The translations under genes were made by a program, and so were the position numbers. Shown in pieces: positions 37,251 through 47,377 of a stretch of 64,000 nucleotides of DNA (positions within the stretch are counted from its first letter, which is position 1; every line of letters begins with the position of its first letter). The stretch comes from Azolla caroliniana (Eukaryota > Plantae > Polypodiophyta): the NCBI GenBank assembly GCA_043228905.1, contig JBHGNT010000017.1, forward strand, positions 1,860,001-1,924,000. The letters are read 5' to 3'. Below the pieces are notes generated by a model, which was given only the letters and a program-made list of their open reading frames with translations, searched no databases and was not told where the DNA came from.

Positions 37251-38044
37251 AGGCGGGCCGGTTTTCTCCGTGCCAACTTAATTTGGCGCATGCCGGTGGA
37301 TGCGCGGTTAGGTGGGGGCGGATGTCGTGAAGAAAACCGCCCACAAGAGGAATCGGAGGAACAAGGCGTGGGAAACGGCTCTACACACACACGCGCGCCA
37401 AGAAGTACCTAAGGACGAAGTAGGTACATACGAGGATCCTAGGAGGGTAGATTCGGTTGGTATGCAGTTAATGCCAAACGGGCTCTTGACGGGCTATAAA
37501 AAGGAAGAGGAAGAATAGAAGTGGGGTATCTCCCGCGGAGAGGACGAAGTGCTGCCGAACCGATTTCGGAGCTTCTCTCTCACTCCTGCTCTCTCTGTCT
37601 TCTGCTCCATCGCGTACCTGTGCAGGTTTCGAGGAGGCTTGCGCTGTTCCGTGGAACGCCCCGAGTGCGTCCTGCAGCACCTCCGACCTGTTTTCCCTTT
37701 CTGTGCGTCGCGACATACAGGGGTCGGCATCTGTTCGCCGCCCTGTTCGTTTTCGTTAGTATCTATTTTGTGCCCCACCGTGGGTTGTAATACTTTAGTC
37801 TGTTATTTTCTTGCATCCATAAGTACATATCTCTCGTTGTTGCGTCCATCTGCGTTGGCGTTTATTTGTGATCTCTGTTTGTTGGTCCGTGTCCCTGTGC
37901 AATCGTCGGTTCTGCGCAATCGGATCTTCGGTTCTGTGTATTCGGGTCTCTCTCTCTTACCTCTCTCTCTCTTGCTCTTCGGTTCGAGACCCCCGTGGTC
38001 CCTCCTCCTTTCTACACGCAAGGGCGTAGCAACCCCGACACCGT

Positions 38045-41031
38045 TTTTCTTTGGTACTGTAAACCATCGGTTCGAGTATGGCGCGCTCGACGGTTCGAGA
38101 ATACCCATATCGACTTTCTGCCTCAGTAGCTCCATCAACTCCGGGATGTGAGCTCTTGGTACCGGAATCGGCTTGTGAGCTCTTGGTACCGGGATGTGAG
38201 CACATGCGGTACCGTGAATATCACCATCGGCTCCACGATTGTCGGGTCTACGCACCCGATCTCTTCCGGTGAGAATGCGAAGGCCTTTCCGTGCCTTCCG
38301 AGCATTCTCCGAAACCGGTCTTCCTCCGCCGGCAGTAGGAACCCGCCCCCATCGATCTTGAGCTCCCGGAGCGTCCCGTCGGTGAAGGTGTGTCCTATGC
38401 AGGCTGGATCTCGTAAATTGGGGTCCGACGCAACCCCTCTGATTTGGGACTCGCTGCCCTCCGGTAAGGGTGCTGCGACCGGCCTTACCTTCCGGTCCAC
38501 AGTCTTGTACTTCGTGCTAACTCGGGCCGTCCGATCCGACCCGAGCCCCCGACTGAAGTTCGCGATGACTTCGTACATCTCTTTGGAACATACCGGTATC
38601 GTCCGGTCTTCGTTAAGGTCTTCTCCGGCATCCTTCCTCAGCATCCCCAAGGTGTCGTCGAAGGAGACCGCCTCCACGGCCCCCCTGATTTCCTTGTCCG
38701 GGCCGAGAACTCCGCACGCTCGAAGTCGCACTTCCGCCCTTGTCTTTTCTCGGCCAACGATGCTGACTATCATACACCCTCCGTTGTCGGAGAAGCAAAA
38801 TCTCCTACCTACCGTACAGTCGTGGGGTCTTTCCCGAGTGTCCGGACTGTCTCGGCCCCACGCCTTGGCAGCCCTCTCTAAAAATCCTCCCGATTCTCGC
38901 CACCGAGGGATTCACGGTTCCGCTCGTGGTTCGGTCTCACGGTCAGAAATTGGACCGAATGGCGCCCGTCCTGGCTTTTGACCCTTGCGTAGGCCGAACC
39001 GTTGTCTAGCACCTTGGTCTCCATTCGCGCCGCCGTGATGTATGGTTCACCTAATATGACCGGATGCGAGGACGTCTCCTATACGAAGAAGTGTCGGTCA
39101 ATCTCGACGTCGCCGATCTTGACTTGCACGTTCGGGCAGGCCCCGTGTAGTTCCTCGGTGGCGCGCGTCGCCGCCTGTATCTTCCACCCGTGCTTGGTGT
39201 TGATCGGCCACTTTCCCTTCTTATAGAAGTCCATGGACATTAGGTTTATTTCCGAACCGTGGTCCACCAACGCCACCACCGGTTCCTGAACATCTCCGAT
39301 CTTTACCGGGGTCTCCGTGGTCGCTCGGGCCCAGTGTGGCCTCGAATAGTGGCTTTCCGCCCACTCGTCTTCCATCGCCATGTCGTCGATGTGCGTCATC
39401 CGCACCTCTACCGGTCTTTCCGGATCCGTCTCCGTCGACAGCCTCTTCCGTTTCACCAAGTCTACAATGGAGTCGTGGAACTCCTTCTTGGCGATCCCTA
39501 GCACCTCCCGCAATGACAGCTCCACCTTGCTATCGAGGATCCGTTCCTCTAGGACCTTCCGTAGGTCCGTAGTCCTTTCTATTTCCGTCCCCAGTCGGTA
39601 TCCGCCCTTCCTGGGGTTATCTTGCGAGCTAAGCCCGCCGACATCGTTCCGTCGTTGCCCGAATCGGGTCTCGTACCGTTGTGAAGGCCCGGCCGCTCCG
39701 GCTTTCCCCACTCGTTTGTCTTCTACTAGAGCCTCGTAGTTCCGGCAGGCGGCTTCTACGAAGCCCGTCTTCTCCTCGACCGGATCGCTCCACCCGGTTA
39801 TTTCCCGGACCCGTCTCTCAGCGCGGTCCGTTTCGTCTTTCCTTAGTCGTGCGCCGGCAAGACCTTCCAGCATTGCCGACCAGAATCCGTCTTTGCCCTC
39901 CTTTCGGGCCTCGCTGCCCCCGACCCGAATGCCGGCCGACGCCGAGTAGTGGATGGCCTCCACGTGTCGGGCCGCTGCCTCTTCCATCAGTCTCTTCATT
40001 CCTCCTCGTCCGTCGTTTCGGTTTAGGGCCCTTCTGGTGTCGCCGGCGTGCACCCGGCCTTCCCATAGGTACACCACCCGGTTCCTCAACGCTTATGCGA
40101 AATCGCCGCAGTCCTTCCGGATGTGGCCGACCTCGTCGCACCACATGCACCTGTTCCCTGCTGCCGGCCGTCGGTCACGAGCCGGTTCGCCGCCTTCCCT
40201 TCGAGTCTGGGCGATCTGGAGATCCTTTATCGCCCGCGTCAACTCCTCCAGCGCTGCTCCTCCGGACAAGCTACTGACCATGCCGGTCGAAGCCGGACTG
40301 GTTTCGAGCCATTCCCGGGTTTCTTCCCTTCGCCCTTGCGGTGCCGGTTCAAGCCTCCTTGCTGTGACAGACCCCGCACCGGCCGCCCCGTTATCAGCCC
40401 ATTCTCGCCGTTTGTCGAAACGACCACAGACTCTCTTAACCGTAGCCTAGTCGGTCGTCAGCCCGTCTTCGGTTTCCAGCAAGGAGCCGACTTGATCCCG
40501 GTCCCGCTTGTCCACCAACTTGACGAACAGTAGGACCCGGCTCGTATCCAGAACGGTTCGGTCAAGCGCCGAAAGGTGCACAAAGCGTTCTTCGAACTCC
40601 CTGAGGAGTGCCAACGCGTTTCTTCCCTTGCCGGGGGACTCCACCCATTCCATGAAGTCTCGTTTCGAAAGCCGGAGCCCGTCGTCAAGCCCGTACTTTT
40701 CCAGGAGTCGGCCTTCGAACTCCTCCTAGGTACGGCTCTCCGCCCGCACCTCGAGCACCTCCGCATGGATGCTCGGCATCGCCACTCGAGGAAACCCGGC
40801 CAGACGCCTCTCTTCTGGAATGTCCCGCATCAGCATTTCTGCCCCGTAGGACGCCAAATACTTCGTGGCATCCTTTCCGCTGAACCGGCCGATCGTACCG
40901 ACGACCGCCTCAACGGCTCTGTCGAGGGCACCGGAGCCCTCGCGTGCGCTCAATATCCGATCCACGGCCGAAGACATGGCCTCTGCAAGATCCGACCCTT
41001 TCATCTTCTGCTCTTCTGCCGCCTCCTTCAC
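38045..41031 (-). pseudogene. Element B gag-protease and 5' part of pol, with premature stops
   Basis: Homologous to C gag (CMWCDEVGHIRKDC, ALVDHGSEINL). Several TAG/TAA stops and a short internal duplication (IPVPRAH x2) near 38140-38200. Confidence 0.92.
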
Positions 41032-41852
41032 GTCGGGTTCACCAAAGATGTCGAGGTATTCCTCGCGGATGCGTGGAATGAGGCGGGACCTCGGGGGTCC
41101 TGTACCGAAGAGCAAGAGAGAAAAGAAAAGAGACCCACTACGTGCGAGAGTAGATTCACAGGGACACGACCCTTCGAAACAAAGACGCGAGTGGGGCAGC
41201 GACACAGAGAGACATGAATGTATGTATGTATTAACAAAGACAGACAACAAAACGCGAAGTTGGTTACAACCGAACATGCCGGCGAACAGATGCCGATACC
41301 TGTTCGTAAACGCTCAGAAAGGACGGAGTAGGTTGGAGGTGCTGCCGGAAGCACTCGGGCATTCCTCAGAGCAACGCGAGCCTCCCAAAACCTGCACAGA
41401 AGGAAGCTATGGAGTTTGCGAACCAGAGAGAGAGAGAAGCCTTCGCACACAAACCGATAGCACTTCGTCCTCGACTCTCCGCGATCCTTCGCCCCTCCTC
41501 ATCTCCCTCCCTTTATAGGTAAGGAAGGAGTCGTTTCCCCTTTTCTTCCTACCTACCGAATCTACCTAGGATCTCCTATGTACAACTTAAGGCGCACGTG
41601 CATGAAGAGTCGGTTTCTACGCTCCGGTGCACCGATTCCGCTCGTGGACGGTTTTCTTCACGACAACGCATTGGGAGATGGTGAGTTCACGTTCAAAAGC
41701 GTCGTGAGCGTGTTGTAATTCGGCAATGGTGGTGGGATCGGGCTCATCCTAGGGAGGTGTATTCACCGTGACCTCCTCGTCTGGAGGTATGATAGTGGGA
41801 TGGTCTTCTAGGAAATCGTCCACCTCGTCATCGACTAATCTGTCGAGCATGT

Positions 41853-44800
41853 TGTCGAATACAAGTGTATAATGGACGTATTCACACTATCCCTTGTATA
41901 GCTCTAGTTTGGGCCATTTATGTAATTAGCGTAAATGGTAGTTGCCCTAAGTCGGTCACTATATAAAGTGACCTAGTAACCTCTTTGTAAGGTTGGGTGT
42001 TGTATTATTGTTTCTATTGAATAAAAAGTTATTTTGTGCCTCTCTCTCTCTCTCTCTCTCTCTCTGTGCACGATCTTGGAAACTGCCATACGCAGGTAAT
42101 CAGCACGGATCGAATGCTATTTGATCTTCAATCTTGACGACAAGGTCATCAACATTTGGTATCAGAGCCTGCACAGTATTCGGTTCCTCAACCCGCTGTC
42201 GGCCGTCGTCTCAGCCTGCACAACATTCGGTTTCTTGCGTCATTCGAAGAAGAGAGAAGAAGAAGAAAAACGAGGCTTGCATCTCATCGCGTTAGATCAT
42301 CTTCGCTTGGAGTAAACCAGCAGGTTGTACTCTGATTCCTTGTGATCGTAACCGCTCGAGGTGAAATCCCCTTGTGCAACATTGACACGATCGTGCTCCA
42401 CTCGGTTAAACGGCATCCGAAGAGGTCATCAAACGCTGCTCGCCGCTCATTGTAACCACTCGGTGCAGATCAGTCTCAAGACAACAACCCCAATTCGTGC
42501 TTCATCCGGCTGATCGACATTCGGGAGGATCAGTTGGATCCGTCTCTCTCGTCGCTGCAGTCACCCGAAGCAGAATCGGTCCAGACAATCGGTTTCAATA
42601 ATCGGTATTTGGCATAGATATTCGGAAGTGAACCGGGCTCACTCCGACTCGGCAACATTCGGGAAGACCAGTTGGTTCTGTCCCTCAAGTTACCGGAGTC
42701 AATTCGAGCAACTTCAACAATACATATATCCGAAGCCGAACCGACTCGGGTTCAAATCCGACTAGAACGATATCGGGTGAGCCAACCGGCTGCACTCCAA
42801 CAAGGTTCGTAGTCAACTCCGAACCGAGCTTCGTCAACCGAAACCGAATTTGATGGCATCAACATCCGGTTCGTCAGAAATGAGTCTACGAAAGTTCGAT
42901 GGATCGAACTTCAACTTCTGGAAGGAGCAAATGCAGGACTATCTCATAGTCAAGGGGCAAATCGATCCCATCGAAAATGAAGAACCTCCAGAAGGATACA
43001 AACCAATTGAGTGGCAGAAGCTGGACAGAATCGTCCGCGCCACGATTCGGATGCACCTATCGGAATCGGTATACTTTACGGTGCAATCATGTACGACAGC
43101 ATTCGAACTGTGGAAAACACTGTCGGACACCTACGAAAAGAAGGTCGCTGCAACGAAGATGTTTCTAATCCGGCGCCTCTACAACTTGCGGATGAAAGAA
43201 TCCGATTCGGTTCAAGCACATCTCAATGAGTACGAAAGCATAAGCTCCCAAATCTCATCTCAGGGGACGGCAATAGAGGATGAACTCAGAGCAATGATAC
43301 TCATGAGCAGCCTTCCCTCATCATGGGAAACTTTCGTCACAACCGTGTGCAACGCGTCAACCACGGCTGTTAAATACTCCGAAGTCACGAGCGCAATCCT
43401 GACCGAAGCAGCTCGGAGAAAGTCTTTCGCCAAAGACTCAACAGACGACGCTTACGTAGTACAAGGTTCGACAGACCGATCGAACATACGAGGAAGAGAT
43501 TCCTCACGGCAGCCGAACAATCAGCGAAGACGGAGCCAGTCACGGGATAATCGAATCTGCAACTATTGCAAGAAACCCGGACACATCAAAGCCGACTGCC
43601 GCGCACTCAAGAACAAGTCTCAGAAATCAGACAAGAAGAGTGGCCGGCATGAGGAGATCAATTACGTCAGCTTCTCAGCCGATGTGCTACCAAACGACCC
43701 GAATATACTATCAATCGAAAATCCAGTCGGATCAGAAGTTCTGCTCACGACTGAAGAATCGAGCACATGGCTCTTAGATTCGGGCGCGTCATTTCACGTG
43801 ACTCCTCATCGATCCCAATTTCGGCAATATACGATCCGTCACTCCGACTCAGTTCGAGTCGGCAACTCGCAACACTGTGACATCATTGGAATCGGCACAG
43901 TAGAGCTCAACCTTGCAGGTGGCTCTACACTTGTACTTCACAATGTCCGACATGTACCCGAGCTCTCAAGGCCATTGATCTCAGTCGGACAACTAGATGA
44001 AGACGGCATTCGTGCCGGTTTTTCTTCGGGAGGGTGGACACTCCACAGGGGGAACCTCCTGCTTGCTAGAGGACCCAAGATACACTCACTGTATCCGTTA
44101 CATGTTACGCTCAGAGAGGGTAACCTGTTTTTGGTGGATATTCCTGTGTCATCACTATGGCACAGAAGATTAGGACACCTCAGCAAGGCCGGCATCACGC
44201 ACCTATCTAGAGCCGGATACATCCCTAAACTCTCCTTCTCGGACCATCAATTCTGCGAACATTGCCAGTATGGCAAACAAGCAGCAGCATCACACCCGAC
44301 ATCAGCACCAAGAGAAACGAGACCTCTCGATTTAGTCCACTCGGACGTCTGTGGCCCAATGCCGCATCAGTCTCTCGGCGGTGCCTCTTACTTCGTCAGT
44401 TTTATTGACGATTCGACTCGAAAGGTGTGGGCTTATCCAATTCGCACCAAAGATCGTGTCTTCTCGATCTTCTCCGATTGGCTCGCTATGGTAGAAAATC
44501 AAACCGACCGAAAACTGAAATGCTTTCGGACCGACAATGGGGGAGAGTTCAAATCAGAAGAATTCGTCAAATTCTGCCGACAACGCGGCATCCGACGTGA
44601 ATTTACGGCACCACACAGTCCGGAGCAAAACGGGATTGCAGAACGAATGAATCGGACAATCCAAGAACGGATAGTTTCCATGCTCCAACACTCCGGACTG
44701 TCAGATGGCTTCTGGGCAGAGGCTCTACTCACGGCAGTACACATAATCAATATGTCGCCAAGTAGACCTCTAGGACTTCAAATTCCTCAGGAACTATGGA

Positions 44801-47253
44801 TCGGCAGTAAGCCGAATTACGACAAGCTGAGGATCTTCGGATGCGAGGCGTACGTCCTTATTCCGAAAGATGATCGCCGAAAACTTGCACCTCGGTCCAG
44901 GAAATGCATTTTCCTCGGATATGGATCAGACGGCGAAATGGGATACCGACTCTGGGACCCCGAACGCAGACAAATCGTTCGAAGTTCGGACGTTGTGTTC
45001 AACGAGTCGGCTATGACTCCATCAGTCGAAACACCGACCGAAGTCCGAAGGGTAACATTTTCCGATGTGCCGACCCTTCAAGAAGGCCCCGCTCTTAACA
45101 CACGGTCAGCTTCACGGGTAGCTGAACCTTACACTACCGACTCGGACAACTCCGACTCGGCACAGCAGAATAATTCGCTTTCGGACCATCTGACCTCGAT
45201 ACCCGATGCGACCAGTCCAATCATACCTCGACGATCCGAGAGACTGTCGCAACCTCCGGAGAGGTATTCTCCTGGAATTTTCTTCACCGACGCCGGCGAA
45301 CCGACGTCTTACGAAGAAGCATCGACATCTGTCGATTCAGCCACCTGGCATCTGGCGATGGAGTCGGAAATGCACTCCATTCGGGCAAACAAGACTTGGG
45401 ATCTGGTCGAATTACCTAAGAATCGACGTGCTCTTCCTTGCAAGTGGGTTTATCGACTAAAAGAGACGTCTGATTCGACCAACCCAAAGTACAAGGCCAG
45501 ATTAGTTGCGAAGGGCTTCCGACAAGAATATGGCGTCGACTTCGACGAGATTTTTTCACCAGTGGTGAAAATGACAACCCTTCGTTTTCTACTCGGCGTA
45601 GTGGCAGCCGACAACTTGGAGCTGATTCAGCTAGATGTCAAAACAGCCTTCCTCCATGGTGATCTTGAAGAGGAAATTGATATGGAGCAGCCAAAAGGCT
45701 TCGTGGCAACTGGCCAAGAACATCTAGTCTGCCGACTCAGGAAGAGTCTATACGGCCTCAAACAGGCACCGCGACAATGGTACAAGAAGTTCGACGACTT
45801 CATCCAATCGATCGGCTTCTCAAAAAGCGATGAGGACCATTGTCTCTTTACCAACACAGCTCAAGATGGATCACCCATCTTCCTCATCATTTACGTGGAC
45901 GACATGCTAATTTCTGGACGCCACGCGGGCGAACTTGCCGATCTCATTCGGCAACTGCGGTTGAAGTTTGCCATGAAGGACCTCGGTCCGGCACGACACA
46001 TACTCGGCATGAAGATTAGCCGGCATCGCGATAAACGACATCTTTTTTTGTCTCAGACCGACTATATCGGACGTGTCTTGAAACGCTTCAACATGCAATT
46101 AGCCAAATCTGCTTCAACCCCGCTCCCCATGAATCTTCGGCTCTCTCAGCGAGACTGCCCGACATCCGATCCGGAGGGGGAAGATATGAAGTCGGTACCG
46201 TATGCACCGGCAGTCGGCTCCCTTATGTACCTGATGGTCGCGACACGGCCTGATATTTCTCATGCCGTAGGAGTCGTTAGCAGATTTATGCACAATCCTG
46301 GCCGATCGCATTGGAACGCAGTCAAGCATGTGTTCAAATATCTGGCTGGCACAAAAGACCACGGCATTCTTTTCGGTCCGAACTCAACCTCAGGCGTAGT
46401 CGGTTACACCGACTCGGACTTCGCCGGCTGTATAGACAGTCGGAAATCAACAACCGGATACTGCTTCAAATTCGGCAATGGAGCAATTTCGTGGAAGTTG
46501 AAACTTCAGGAGTGCACAGCGACCTCAACGACTGAAGCAGAATATGTAGCTGCGTCCGACGCTGCAAAAGAAGCTTTGTGGCTCGGCCGGCTGGCGCACA
46601 CGTTTCGGCAAGTCGACCATGACTCGGCTCCAGTTGTCTACAGCGACAGTCAAGGTGCTGTTGCCTTGTCGAGAAATCCGGTTCACCACAACGCCTCCAA
46701 ACATATCGACATTCGATATCACTTCGTTCGGGACTGCGTCATTTTAGGGAAAATCGGTCTAGAGAAAATATCCACAACCGACAATGTCGCAGATGGAATG
46801 ACCAAGTGTCTTTCGGCAGACCGCTTTCGGTCCCTTCGGCATCAGATGGGCGTAACGACAAACCAGTCCGGTTAGAGCCGGACACAGCGCAGGATGGTTT
46901 TGGACAACCGACATCAGTTCCTTAATGATCGGCTTCAACTCTTCCGACCCGACCAGTTCGGTCTTCTGCCTTCGGACCCTGCCGACTCGAACAAAACGGA
47001 TATGTCCGAGAACCTAGGTTCATACCTGTAATCTTAAATAACCCATGTATACGCCCATTACGGGGGAGTGTCGAATACAAGTGTATAATGGACGTATTCA
47101 CACTATCCCTTGTATAGCTCTAGTTTGGGCCATTTATGTAATTAGCGTAAATGGTAGTTGCCCTAAGTCGGTCACTATATAAAGTGACCTAGTAACCTCT
47201 TTGTAAGGTTGGGTGTTGTATTATTGTTTCTATTGAATAAAAAGTTATTTTGT

Positions 47254-47287
<34 letters not shown>

Positions 47288-47372
47288 ACGATCTTGGAAA
47301 CTGCCATACGCAGGTAATCAGCACGGATCGAATGCTATTTGATCTTCAATCTTGACGACAAGGTCATCAACA
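41853..47372 (+). mobile_element. Intact Ty1/Copia LTR retrotransposon D nested in A
   Basis: LTRs 41853-42154 and 47069-47372 differ only by one CT unit. TSD CATGT (41848-41852, 47373-47377). tRNA-iMet PBS TGGTATCAGAGCC (42157-42169), PPT GGGGGAG (47062-47068). Confidence 0.97.
42853..46875 (+). CDS. Copia Gag-Pol polyprotein (gag, PR, INT, RT, RH)
   Basis: Single ORF of about 1340 aa: CNYCKKPGHIKADC, WLLDSGAS, WHRRLGH, VHSDVCGP, RTDNGGE, QLDVKTAFLHG, YVDDML, YTDSDFAG. Confidence 0.95.
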   Translation: MASTSGSSEMSLRKFDGSNFNFWKEQMQDYLIVKGQIDPIENEEPPEGYKPIEWQKLDRIVRATIRMHLSESVYFTVQSCTTAFELWKTLSDTYEKKVAATKMFLIRRLYNLRMKESDSVQAHLNEYESISSQISSQGTAIEDELRAMILMSSLPSSWETFVTTVCNASTTAVKYSEVTSAILTEAARRKSFAKDSTDDAYVVQGSTDRSNIRGRDSSRQPNNQRRRSQSRDNRICNYCKKPGHIKADCRALKNKSQKSDKKSGRHEEINYVSFSADVLPNDPNILSIENPVGSEVLLTTEESSTWLLDSGASFHVTPHRSQFRQYTIRHSDSVRVGNSQHCDIIGIGTVELNLAGGSTLVLHNVRHVPELSRPLISVGQLDEDGIRAGFSSGGWTLHRGNLLLARGPKIHSLYPLHVTLREGNLFLVDIPVSSLWHRRLGHLSKAGITHLSRAGYIPKLSFSDHQFCEHCQYGKQAAASHPTSAPRETRPLDLVHSDVCGPMPHQSLGGASYFVSFIDDSTRKVWAYPIRTKDRVFSIFSDWLAMVENQTDRKLKCFRTDNGGEFKSEEFVKFCRQRGIRREFTAPHSPEQNGIAERMNRTIQERIVSMLQHSGLSDGFWAEALLTAVHIINMSPSRPLGLQIPQELWIGSKPNYDKLRIFGCEAYVLIPKDDRRKLAPRSRKCIFLGYGSDGEMGYRLWDPERRQIVRSSDVVFNESAMTPSVETPTEVRRVTFSDVPTLQEGPALNTRSASRVAEPYTTDSDNSDSAQQNNSLSDHLTSIPDATSPIIPRRSERLSQPPERYSPGIFFTDAGEPTSYEEASTSVDSATWHLAMESEMHSIRANKTWDLVELPKNRRALPCKWVYRLKETSDSTNPKYKARLVAKGFRQEYGVDFDEIFSPVVKMTTLRFLLGVVAADNLELIQLDVKTAFLHGDLEEEIDMEQPKGFVATGQEHLVCRLRKSLYGLKQAPRQWYKKFDDFIQSIGFSKSDEDHCLFTNTAQDGSPIFLIIYVDDMLISGRHAGELADLIRQLRLKFAMKDLGPARHILGMKISRHRDKRHLFLSQTDYIGRVLKRFNMQLAKSASTPLPMNLRLSQRDCPTSDPEGEDMKSVPYAPAVGSLMYLMVATRPDISHAVGVVSRFMHNPGRSHWNAVKHVFKYLAGTKDHGILFGPNSTSGVVGYTDSDFAGCIDSRKSTTGYCFKFGNGAISWKLKLQECTATSTTEAEYVAASDAAKEALWLGRLAHTFRQVDHDSAPVVYSDSQGAVALSRNPVHHNASKHIDIRYHFVRDCVILGKIGLEKISTTDNVADGMTKCLSADRFRSLRHQMGVTTNQSG

Positions 47373-47377
47373 CATGT

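Larger units (their letters stand above)
30875..38040 (+). mobile_element. Intact Ty3/Gypsy LTR retrotransposon C inserted antisense into the RT of B
   Basis: 718-bp LTRs 30875-31592 and 37323-38040 with no differences seen. 4-bp TSD CCGT (30871-30874, 38041-38044). tRNA-Trp PBS 31596-31613, PPT about 37309-37322, uninterrupted ORFs. Confidence 0.97.
27540..41665 (-). mobile_element. Ty3/Gypsy LTR retrotransposon B, nested in A and disrupted by C
   Basis: 617-bp LTRs 27540-28156 and 41049-41665. 4-bp TSD ACGC (27536-27539, 41666-41669). PBS TGGTGAACCCGACGTGAA (41044-41027). PPT AGGTGGGGGCGGA next to the 3' LTR. Confidence 0.95.

Noticed and set aside
40726-41277. Gag of B apparently starting inside the LTR
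   Set aside because: The upstream extension is not conserved in intact element C, which has an in-frame stop just before the PBS.
27540-41665. Numerous overlapping 60-280-aa ORFs in B and C, and possible bacterial contamination suggested by high GC
   Set aside because: They are GC-rich shadow frames of gag/pol. The elements are joined to flanking DNA by clean TSDs, so they are genuine insertions.
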